A DNA stretch of 64,000 nt. Source: a virus. The position numbers and the translations under genes are program-made. The notes beneath the pieces are model-generated. The model searched no databases. It was not told the origin of the DNA and saw nothing but the letters and a program-made list of their open reading frames with translations. This document shows, piece by piece, positions 55,747 to 64,000 of the stretch (positions are counted from its first letter, which is position 1; each line of letters begins with the position of its first letter). The stretch lies in the IMG/VR virus record IMGVR_UViG_3300026076_000001; one strand, given 5' to 3'.

Positions 55747-58700
55747 TATAGTTCAATTAGTCTCCAACCAATTCCAGCTGTAAGATATACGAGACCTAAA
55801 CCAGCACCTGGTGTTTGGATAACAAGTTGACCTTGTGTATCTCCTTGAACAGGTATAATACTACCACCACCTTGAGGTGTCTGTATTACAATTGCCTTGT
55901 TATAAGTCAAAGCATCAGTAGTATCTAGGATGCGAATCTCATCACCCTTCTGAGGAGCAGAAGGTAGTGTCAAAGTTAATGTAGCAGCACCGAATGTAGT
56001 AACGTAGTAATTAGTATTAGCTTCTAGATCTCCATCCACACTAACACCAACCCACTTACGTCCACCTGTAGGAGTAAAGTATCCAGTAACCTGATTAATA
56101 TCAATACTACCATCAGTATTGACCTTAAAGTTATTAGATCCACCATTGTTGATGTCAATTCCACCAGAAGCAGAAGATATATTTCCACCAGCGTTGATAT
56201 CTCCACCAGCGTTGATGTTACCTTCAACTCCAAGACCACCGTCAGAAATTATAACTGCACCAGTGTCCTTATCAGAGGAGTTAGTGTTACTATGAACGAT
56301 TAATGTACCAGAGTTATCAGTATCATTACCAATAACTGTGTTACCAGTTTGTGAGTCAATGGTATAGGTTACATCATCATTAATATGTGTCTTAGCAATT
56401 AGGAAATCTTGTCCTATGGATAGTGCACCATTAGCATCCCAACGTCCAGTAGGATCAGTAAGGCTACCAGAACCAACTAGATCAATACGCCCATCCTTAT
56501 TCATTGTAAGTCTAGGAGTAGTCTGGTTGTAAACTGTTAATAGTTCAGCACCATCAAGTTCAATCTTAGTAGAACCTTTAACCCATAGTCTCTGTGCAAT
56601 GTCAGGTGAAGCAGCACCAATAGAAACCATACTGGTATCAGTCATCTGGATACCACCATCGGAATCACCGATACGTGCGGATCCATCTGCGAGAGCAACT
56701 AACTTAGCAGTTGATGCATCATCAAAGTGATCGTTAGACCAAATAGCATCACCAATTACAATGTTCTGACCGTGTGCAGTAATATAATTGTTGTCAGCAG
56801 CAGTATTTGCTTGTTGAACATCAATACGCAGATCAGTACCACTATCTAACTGATACATCTGCATATTACCACCACGGACATACAAGTCCTTAGTGACTGT
56901 TAGGTCACCAACCATCTCGTGAGAACCATTACTTAAAGCAGTAAAGGTACCATCAATAGTTAAGTTACCTCCAGAATGACCACCACCAACAGATTCTACA
57001 GGAGCTGTACCAGCACCTGATCCACGGATGATTGCGTCACCACCGACCCATAATCCAGTTATAGTCTGTCTCTCTCCATCATCACCACCATTAACGTGTA
57101 CACGTCCTACACCATTACCATCATCATCAAATACACGTAATGTATGAGCACCAGTTGGGTTAAGGTTATCACCACCAACCCATAGAGAGTTGCGGAAGAT
57201 ACCTGAACCTTCTACATCTAATGTCTGTGTTGGTATAACACTAGAATTAGTAGTACGTACGTTTCTGAGGTTAACACCCAACCTCATATCATCGCCAGGA
57301 TCATTAGCAGTAGAACCAGAACCTGTAGTATATGTGGTTAAAGCATCAGTACCAATTAGACCCCACTCTCTCCATCCATAGTTAATAGCACCGCCATCCC
57401 ATCCACTAAGTTGAGTGTATATCCAACCTAAGGAAGTGTTGTAGTTGACGTTAGCAATTCTATGTGCTTCACCAACTGTCTGGGTACCACGAAGTTCAAT
57501 TGTTCCTTCTTCTTTAAAGCTTTCAGAAGCAGGGACTGTCTTATCTGTAGAAGTTTTGATTACGTATTTAACACCACTAGTTTCATTACGTGGGTTAATT
57601 ATCCACTGTGCAAATGCAATACTATTAGGTTTAAAGACTGGGTTAACACCTAGATCAGTTGTAGTAAGTGTTGGGTCAACATTTGGATTACCAATATTAC
57701 CAACACTCTTAACAAGGAGTGCAGGTTTATCATCACTACTGTTAGCAAATGGATCCTCTGCTAGTTCTATCTCAACAGGTGATGTAAACTTAGTACCACC
57801 TAAAGCAGCAACTTCAAAGTCAGCAGATAAAGCAAACTTAACTTTCTTATTAACAGTTAAGGTGTCAACTGTTAGATCATTAGTATTCTCTTCCTCATCA
57901 ACGTTCTCACCAGCTACCCTTAGAATAGAGTCATCAATCTTAGTCTCTTCACCAGAAATAGCATTAATTCTTTGGTTACCAACGAATAGATCACCGTTAG
58001 CGTTTAGACCAGAGTAGAATACAACACCACCGTCTTGACGTTTTGCCTGAGAGAAGAGGACTTCATCGTCAGATAGAACGTATTCCTGTCTAGATGGGAA
58101 TGCAGTTGAGTAGTTACCTGGACCAAATCCAGTGTATTCAAACGTGTGGTTACCAGATCTTGCCTGTGAAGGTCGTCTAAGTTCAACATAGAACCTACGG
58201 TCAGCAACATCGTTACTATCTCCTTCAATACCAATAACTCTGTCTTCACGAGAAGCAACTGCCTTACCATCCATAGCAGCAAGACCTACAGTAATAGGAT
58301 CACTACCACCAAATCTACCAATATTAGTTAAAAGATTCTCTGTAGCTTCTCTAGTAATACTGTTCTTGTTATCATCAGCAACAACGAGACCGTGTACATA
58401 GTTGTCAGCAACAGATATAGTTGCTGGAGCATCCTTAACAGTCTGTCCATCACCATTAGGGTCGAACCATAGTGGATCATCAGCAAATAGTTCAGGATAT
58501 AGTCTCTCTGTTGGATGACCAAACTTGAATGAGTTAAACTCACTTACAGATGGTGCAAAGTCACCACGTAGAGCAGTTAGATAGTAAATACCATCTTGCT
58601 GGTTATAAATTCTCTTACGAAGAGTCTTAACACGATAGATGTAATAGGTGTTATCAATCTCATCAACATCACCAACAGAAACAATCTTATAATCTTTCTG

Positions 58701-61700
58701 ATTACCATCAGTTTCGTCTCTAACAAAATCACCAGGTGTTAGTGTGTATACTGGTGCATTCTGGATAACATACTGTCTACCAAGATCATCATCATAGGTC
58801 TTAAAGTCATCTCTACCACCATTTGGCTTCTCTGCCAAAATACCAGTACCTGTTCCACTAGCAAGTATTGTGCTAGTATTAGCATCATAACTGATATATG
58901 GAAGTAGTGAGAAGTCACTTGCTACAACAACATATGTGTTTCCACCTTCAGTATACTGCTTATGAACAGTAGGAAGTGTACCACTTATCTCAGTACTACT
59001 AGAGAACCCAGACCAAGCAACTGAGTTACCAGTTATAAATCCACCACCAGCAACACTGGTTAGTTTAAATTCTGTGAGGATAGTACCAGATGCTAGTGCA
59101 GTACCAGCAGCTATGTTAGTATTAATAGTATGATCTACAACTGTTAATTCAATTCTATTGACGGAACTAACCATCTTCTGCCTTACAGATTCAATAGTGA
59201 ATTTAACACCAGAATCAGTTACAAGAGACTTACTATTACCAGTTAGATAAGGATCATAATTATAGTCGCTATGTATTGGTAAGTTATTACCATTACCATC
59301 TACAGTAGGATCTCCACCGTAGAATGTTGGCATATCTGTAGTACCATCCAGTGCCTCTAGAATAACCTTCTGAGGTCTTAATCTTCTATTCTCGTCAGTC
59401 CTGATCTTAAGGACATAACCGAGCAATGGTTCACGTACGTTGTCAACTTCCTTGGGTACGACGTAACGGAGACGGTAGATGCGGTCATCTTCCCTGCGTC
59501 TATCGTTGATACGTTTGATGTACGTATTTGAGGTTGTAAGGATTTCTTCATTGACATACTCGTCTAAGGTTGAAATACGTTGGAATATCTGGTTAGGTTG
59601 TGTACCAGTATTTAAAACATTTAGATACCAGTGACCATCTCTTAGTGGAGATGCAGTCATTTCTGGGTCATATCTCAGTGGATGACGGGTGTTGCAAGAG
59701 AATACGTATATTTCATCTTGACCAGACTGTCCAACTGTACCACTTGATGTAATACTATACGGGACACCACCACCTTGAATTGCAAGAGCAGCAGTTTCTG
59801 CAATCTTAAACTTATTGGTATTCTCACCAGTATTATCATATATGACATAATACATCTTGTTCTTATCCAGTCCCGTAGGAAGCTGGGAACCAGGCTTAGC
59901 ACGGAAGAATACAGGTGTTGCTGCTTTAGTTGCAAAACCCTTATCAAAAACGTGTGCAGATTCTAATGTAAACTCGTTAGTAGCAGGATCTGCATTAGTA
60001 AGTTTATACTTGTAAGGTGTTGGAATAACATCAAAGATGTACTGGAACATAGTTACCTGTACACCAGAGTTTAGACCTTCTGGTACGTAAATAGCGTTAC
60101 CAGCAGCAGCGTCATCTTCAGATGCTGCTAATAGGAATGTGTTTAGATCTTCTGTTGGGAATGTTTGATCTGGAGGAACAGGTGATGTATGACGACCTGG
60201 AGAAATAACATAATATATGGTATTTGGATCTAATCCTTTAGGGAGACGAACTAATTCATCAGCAATAGTAGGACTAGTTCTATTAGGTACTAAACGAACA
60301 GGGCTACCTGTGTATAAACCGTGTGCCTCAGGACAAGTAAAGATTGTCGTACGATATGTGATTGTTTCTCCCTGTGCATTCTGTACTGACTGTGAAGCAG
60401 TAGAAAGAGTAGAAACTGTATATGTATCGAAACCAGCAGGAGATAGTTCAGCAGATTTCTCTTGTGGACCTGCTTCACCACCTGAAATGTCTGGTTCTAA
60501 CTTGGAGAATATTCTATCATCACGTTTAGAACCGACCTTATAATCCTGTAGGATATATGATGGTGTCTTATCTGGATCAGCTATATCTTCTGGTTCACCA
60601 GACAAGTATATACGTGTCGAACCTTGTGGTTCCTTAGAAGCAAGGATGTCTATACCGTAATATGGAGGTTGTGTAGTATCATCAGTATCGACTGTTTGAG
60701 GTGGAACAATATCTGTAATATAACCGTGCTTATCTTGGAAGAAGGAATATCCCTTATATCCAATAGCATCTAGAGCAGTATTACCAAAGTTACTGTTACT
60801 GTTAGTAATTGAAATGTCAGCACCAGACTCAATTAGGAAGTGATCTGCGAAACCAACAGCGAAGATCGAAACTGCCTGAATGAAAGCATCATTAGACAAA
60901 CGAACGTGAGCATTACGCCACTCATTCTTAAAGTATGCTCTACCATCAGTATGATATGGTGTAGTAGCAAATGAACCAGTAGCTAGTTCTTCTGGATCTG
61001 TTTCAGCTACGCCATCCCACGCTGATTCAAACTGTGCAGTATCATCGTTAAACTTAACAAATGCTCTATCATCTTTTTGTAGTGATACACCAGTATACTG
61101 TGCACAAACCATAGATTTGAATCCAGTAACCTTAGATCCATCAGCCCAAAGACCACAAAGACCCCATACAGAACGTATGGAAAGGTTGAACATATATGGT
61201 GACGCTGAGTCAACAGTGTCAATCTCTGCCTGTACAATAGCGTTCTCATTCAACCTATTAGGAGGTAGAGACGCAGTAGTATAGGTAGTACCTGAAATTA
61301 GAGAGGTTATATTCGTGTTTACACGATAATAGAATAATGTATTATCAGCAGGGTCTAAACGTGTAATCAGGAATGAACCGTGAAGGTCATTAGTTAGACC
61401 AGTGTCATCAACAGTAATAAACTGTCCTACAAAGTAACCGTGAGGTGCTTTTGTCTTAATTTTAATTTCTGTAGCGTTACCACCAAGTGTCTGAGGGGTA
61501 ACAGATTCTATAATCTTCTTATCTGATAGAGGACCAACAATTCTATTTTCTAGGTCAGTCTCTTCAATAGCTCCATCAACGTTGATGTCAGTGACCATAT
61601 TAAGGTATGCATCACCGATCTTATCGTAGTAAAGATCAAGGTCTTCTGCATCAGCAAAAGTGAAGTTAGTGATCTTATGATGTGAGAAGGTAGGATTAGC

Positions 61701-62255
61701 CTTATTACCTGTAGTGTCGAAATATACCTTTGCTTTACCATCAAAAATAGAGAATTGCCAGAAATAGCATCCACCAGTTACATTGAATATGGATGAATCT
61801 GGTATAGTATTGTCAGTAGGGTTAGGCACATATAAAGGACGAACCTTCGTCTTTCTCAAGTCCATACCAACTAGAGAAGTACCACGAGGTACAATACATC
61901 CACCTGTAGTTGAGTTAAACTTGTATAAGTCGTTCTGAGAGTTACCTAAGTCAAAGTTAACATTGGTACTAAAATCAGGTATAAGACTGGCACTAGCTAC
62001 ACCTGGTCTGTTATCAATATAATGATCTCCTGGAGACAATACGACTGTGAACTCGTCAAACCTGTCGTTATCTGGTCCTGATTTGTATGAAAAGCGTGCA
62101 ACCTCAAGGAAAGCACGCTGAATACTCTTAAATGGTCGGGTGGGAGAATTACCCCTATTGTTTACGTCGTCAGATGCGTTAAAGTCATCAGGAGAAACGT
62201 AGACGAAACGTCCAGTTTTACTGGATATAAGATTCTCTAATCTGGTAAGTGCCAT
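55746..62255 (-). CDS. Large tail fibre / virion structural protein (2169 aa)
   Basis: N-terminal YVSP...NRGNSPTRPFKSIQRA (pectin-lyase-like beta-helix start), fibre repeats GALxxxGGLGVxGN, and a C-terminal LTLPSAPQKGDEIRILD module of T4-fibre type. Confidence 0.75.
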   Translation of the reverse strand: MALTRLENLISSKTGRFVYVSPDDFNASDDVNNRGNSPTRPFKSIQRAFLEVARFSYKSGPDNDRFDEFTVVLSPGDHYIDNRPGVASASLIPDFSTNVNFDLGNSQNDLYKFNSTTGGCIVPRGTSLVGMDLRKTKVRPLYVPNPTDNTIPDSSIFNVTGGCYFWQFSIFDGKAKVYFDTTGNKANPTFSHHKITNFTFADAEDLDLYYDKIGDAYLNMVTDINVDGAIEETDLENRIVGPLSDKKIIESVTPQTLGGNATEIKIKTKAPHGYFVGQFITVDDTGLTNDLHGSFLITRLDPADNTLFYYRVNTNITSLISGTTYTTASLPPNRLNENAIVQAEIDTVDSASPYMFNLSIRSVWGLCGLWADGSKVTGFKSMVCAQYTGVSLQKDDRAFVKFNDDTAQFESAWDGVAETDPEELATGSFATTPYHTDGRAYFKNEWRNAHVRLSNDAFIQAVSIFAVGFADHFLIESGADISITNSNSNFGNTALDAIGYKGYSFFQDKHGYITDIVPPQTVDTDDTTQPPYYGIDILASKEPQGSTRIYLSGEPEDIADPDKTPSYILQDYKVGSKRDDRIFSKLEPDISGGEAGPQEKSAELSPAGFDTYTVSTLSTASQSVQNAQGETITYRTTIFTCPEAHGLYTGSPVRLVPNRTSPTIADELVRLPKGLDPNTIYYVISPGRHTSPVPPDQTFPTEDLNTFLLAASEDDAAAGNAIYVPEGLNSGVQVTMFQYIFDVIPTPYKYKLTNADPATNEFTLESAHVFDKGFATKAATPVFFRAKPGSQLPTGLDKNKMYYVIYDNTGENTNKFKIAETAALAIQGGGVPYSITSSGTVGQSGQDEIYVFSCNTRHPLRYDPEMTASPLRDGHWYLNVLNTGTQPNQIFQRISTLDEYVNEEILTTSNTYIKRINDRRREDDRIYRLRYVVPKEVDNVREPLLGYVLKIRTDENRRLRPQKVILEALDGTTDMPTFYGGDPTVDGNGNNLPIHSDYNYDPYLTGNSKSLVTDSGVKFTIESVRQKMVSSVNRIELTVVDHTINTNIAAGTALASGTILTEFKLTSVAGGGFITGNSVAWSGFSSSTEISGTLPTVHKQYTEGGNTYVVVASDFSLLPYISYDANTSTILASGTGTGILAEKPNGGRDDFKTYDDDLGRQYVIQNAPVYTLTPGDFVRDETDGNQKDYKIVSVGDVDEIDNTYYIYRVKTLRKRIYNQQDGIYYLTALRGDFAPSVSEFNSFKFGHPTERLYPELFADDPLWFDPNGDGQTVKDAPATISVADNYVHGLVVADDNKNSITREATENLLTNIGRFGGSDPITVGLAAMDGKAVASREDRVIGIEGDSNDVADRRFYVELRRPSQARSGNHTFEYTGFGPGNYSTAFPSRQEYVLSDDEVLFSQAKRQDGGVVFYSGLNANGDLFVGNQRINAISGEETKIDDSILRVAGENVDEEENTNDLTVDTLTVNKKVKFALSADFEVAALGGTKFTSPVEIELAEDPFANSSDDKPALLVKSVGNIGNPNVDPTLTTTDLGVNPVFKPNSIAFAQWIINPRNETSGVKYVIKTSTDKTVPASESFKEEGTIELRGTQTVGEAHRIANVNYNTSLGWIYTQLSGWDGGAINYGWREWGLIGTDALTTYTTGSGSTANDPGDDMRLGVNLRNVRTTNSSVIPTQTLDVEGSGIFRNSLWVGGDNLNPTGAHTLRVFDDDGNGVGRVHVNGGDDGERQTITGLWVGGDAIIRGSGAGTAPVESVGGGHSGGNLTIDGTFTALSNGSHEMVGDLTVTKDLYVRGGNMQMYQLDSGTDLRIDVQQANTAADNNYITAHGQNIVIGDAIWSNDHFDDASTAKLVALADGSARIGDSDGGIQMTDTSMVSIGAASPDIAQRLWVKGSTKIELDGAELLTVYNQTTPRLTMNKDGRIDLVGSGSLTDPTGRWDANGALSIGQDFLIAKTHINDDVTYTIDSQTGNTVIGNDTDNSGTLIVHSNTNSSDKDTGAVIISDGGLGVEGNINAGGDINAGGNISSASGGIDINNGGSNNFKVNTDGSIDINQVTGYFTPTGGRKWVGVSVDGDLEANTNYYVTTFGAATLTLTLPSAPQKGDEIRILDTTDALTYNKAIVIQTPQGGGSIIPVQGDTQGQLVIQTPGAGLGLVYLTAGIGWRLIEL

Positions 62256-62288
62256 TACCTAAAATACTGTATGTGGATATCCTTTGGG

Positions 62289-62296
62289 TATTTATA
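62289..62296 (-). promoter_or_regulatory. T4 late promoter TATAAATA
   Basis: tatttata on the plus strand, 34 nt upstream of ATG 62255. Confidence 0.75.
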
Positions 62297-62635
62297 TTAT
62301 CTACCAGGTATGTATTGGAGACCTCGCTTCAAAGTAGGTTCAACTAATGGCAAAATATCATTTTCAACCTTTTCTATAACATCATCTATAACATTAACGT
62401 CCAAATTCATAAATGGAGGTATAATCCCTAAAATTCTTAATAATCCGTCTACAAACAGGGCTAGACAGGTAAAACCGAGTATCATAGAGATAATTGTAGC
62501 GTCTCGGTTGTGTTTACGCATCGATGCTTCATCGATTGCCCTTGCTTCATCCACAGCAGCCTTGATCAGGTCATCTACTTCTGATTTAGTGTAGAAAGCA
62601 CCTATTCCAGGTATGTCGTGAATATTCGGTGTCAT
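62297..62635 (-). CDS. Membrane protein of unknown function
   Basis: Hydrophobic IISMILGFTCLALFVDGLLRILGIIPPF. Confidence 0.75.
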   Translation of the reverse strand: MTPNIHDIPGIGAFYTKSEVDDLIKAAVDEARAIDEASMRKHNRDATIISMILGFTCLALFVDGLLRILGIIPPFMNLDVNVIDDVIEKVENDILPLVEPTLKRGLQYIPGR

Positions 62636-62796
62636 TGATAGTACTCATCTAATACGTCAAGGGTTCTGTTTAGGTACTCATTTGCACCTTTACATTCCCA
62701 CTCTCCTTTTTCTCCAATTTCACATTTGTAGTGTAGTTCCCTTTTAAGTTGCATAAGTTTGGAGGTCATTGCAACTTTGTCTAATCTGCCGTTCAT
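62632..62796 (-). CDS. 54-aa hypothetical protein (not in ORF track)
   Basis: MNGRLDKVAMTSKLMQLKRELHYKCEIGEKGEWECKGANEYLNRTLDVLDEYYQ; ATGA overlap. Confidence 0.75.
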   Translation of the reverse strand: MNGRLDKVAMTSKLMQLKRELHYKCEIGEKGEWECKGANEYLNRTLDVLDEYYQ

Positions 62797-62868
62797 TGGT
62801 AATTACGATTAGTTATACTTACTAATTATCAAACAAGGGAGATTTTTACGTCCCCCTGTGTGTTGAAA

Positions 62869-63735
62869 CTAGAACCAGTCAGAAGACCATTCTCCAGCAT
62901 TACCATCTGGTGACTCAGGAGGAGTACCAGGATTTGGACCTTCTACACCGCCACCAGCACCTGTTGGGATATTTTCTGTAGGTGTATTATCTGTACCCAA
63001 TTGATCTCCAAGTCTCTGTCCAGCTTCTTGCTCTGAAACAAGTTCTACATTAAAAGAGAATGAGCAATATAACTCACCGTTAGGATTCTTGGTAATACCA
63101 GGTTGCCTTTGAACCATATGTTCTAACTGTGAAGGGAATATGACAATATCACCCTCTTCAATGTTTAGAGACATTTCCTCTTTATAACAACCATAACCAC
63201 ATAGGTCAGGATCGTAATAATGCTTATTAAAGCGTGGTCCCTCAAAGAACATCTTATTGGGATTCATAAATGTTGTTGAATTATGCTTCTCTGGATCATA
63301 TTGAACATAATAGACACCAGACAAATGTGAAGGAACGTGATTATGTGCTTCCTGATTCTGTCCTGGACCATATGCATTAAACCACTGTTGAGCGACCAAG
63401 AAGGCGTGAGGGTAAAATTCTGCCATTTTGATAGCTTCTTGGATATTCTGCGAAATGTCTTGAAGCAATTCTCCTACAGGGATCTCAGTTTCCTTAGTAT
63501 GGTCAACCATACTCTCATCAAAGAATGATGTGTAGCAATCACAATTCCAAGATGCTGTACCACCTGTATCTCTTGTATAACTATTTGATCCGTTCTGTTC
63601 TTCGTATCTACGCTTTATAATTGGAAAAATCTGGTCTTTCCACTTTGCGTGAGTTTGCAACTTTCCACGATATAGGAACATCGGGAATAGTGAAAACAAA
63701 CCATATTGATCTGCTTTATTGGTCTGTTGTGCCAT
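62869..63735 (-). CDS. 2OG-Fe(II) oxygenase-like protein (HxH...H type)
   Basis: LFPMFLY, QWFNAY, AHNHVPSHLSGVYY, EEGDIVIFPSQLEHMV, SFSFN. Confidence 0.9.
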   Translation of the reverse strand: MAQQTNKADQYGLFSLFPMFLYRGKLQTHAKWKDQIFPIIKRRYEEQNGSNSYTRDTGGTASWNCDCYTSFFDESMVDHTKETEIPVGELLQDISQNIQEAIKMAEFYPHAFLVAQQWFNAYGPGQNQEAHNHVPSHLSGVYYVQYDPEKHNSTTFMNPNKMFFEGPRFNKHYYDPDLCGYGCYKEEMSLNIEEGDIVIFPSQLEHMVQRQPGITKNPNGELYCSFSFNVELVSEQEAGQRLGDQLGTDNTPTENIPTGAGGGVEGPNPGTPPESPDGNAGEWSSDWF

Positions 63736-63777
63736 AACGACGAAATCTGGTAATGTATCTAGTATATCATAAAAAAA

Positions 63778-63810
63778 CTAAAGGGGGTAAAAACCGCCTG
63801 AGTTTTTTTC
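63778..63810 (-). repeat. 33-nt upstream motif, copy 2
   Basis: Plus strand CTAAAGGGGGTAAAAACCGCCTGAGTTTTTTTC; preceded in the minus sense by a 9-bp hairpin CGACTTTAG/CTAAAGTCG (63812-63835). Confidence 0.5.
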
Positions 63811-63848
63811 CCGACTTTAGGGGAATCTAAAGTCGAATTTCCCTCAGA

Positions 63849-64000
63849 TTAGCTATCTGAGAGTGGGGCGTAGATTGTTTCATCTGACGCTTCATTGCGA
63901 CATAGTTCTACGACCCGAAGGAATGCTTCATAGTCATCAGAACAGTCAATTGTATTGCTCTCACCTTCATCAGAATAAATCCTGACGCAACGTGATTCCA
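63849..64000 (-). CDS. 3' end of a hypothetical protein (start outside the window)
   Basis: ...ESRCVRIYSDEGESNTIDCSDDYEAFLRVVELCRNEASDETIYAPLSDS*. Confidence 0.6.
   Translation of the reverse strand, partial: ESRCVRIYSDEGESNTIDCSDDYEAFLRVVELCRNEASDETIYAPLSDS

Noticed and set aside
29980-62594. Many plus-strand ORFs of 60-190 aa in the track (e.g. 57445-58017, 52779-53123, 37118-37441), and short alternative-frame minus-strand ORFs
   Set aside because: They lie wholly inside long minus-strand genes, have no SD or promoter and no recognisable motifs; they are shadow ORFs from codon bias
1-64000. Introns, inteins, homing endonucleases, transposases, or genetic-code reassignment in the giant genes
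   Set aside because: No HNH, GIY-YIG, LAGLIDADG or intein motifs were recognised; long ORFs are continuous in the standard code, and TAA, TAG and TGA all act as stops

Overview
AT-rich segment of a T4-like (myovirus) phage genome. The gene families and CTAAATA/TATAAATA late promoters point to a marine cyanophage; this is inferred from recognised gene families, with no database search. Almost everything is encoded on the minus strand. Reading from the right end in the direction of transcription, there is (i) a tail-fibre/virion module at about 62.3-29.6 kb. It contains a 2169-aa fibre, three tail-collar genes, a fibre chaperone flanked by two 2OG-Fe(II) oxygenases, a 3265-aa protein combining a subtilase, YHYH-type and cupredoxin-like domains, and two paralogous adapter+tip gene pairs. 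Next is (ii) an accessory island of small early/middle genes at about 29.6-16.5 kb, with a repeated palindromic promoter element, a beta-class DNA methyltransferase, a PvuII-like endonuclease, tRNA-Asp, a short plus-strand island, a candidate structured RNA and a cluster of four DnaA-box matches. Last is (iii) a baseplate module at 16.4 kb to the left edge: a PAAR protein, a basic peptide, a minimal SET-domain gene, gp25, gp6 and a gp7-like gene of more than 3400 aa. That gene runs off the window and is missing from the ORF track. Best leads: the protease/copper-site virion protein, the DnaA-box cluster, the PvuII-like nuclease with the methyltransferase, the SET gene coupled to a Lys-rich peptide, and the structured RNA at 18.74-18.88 kb.
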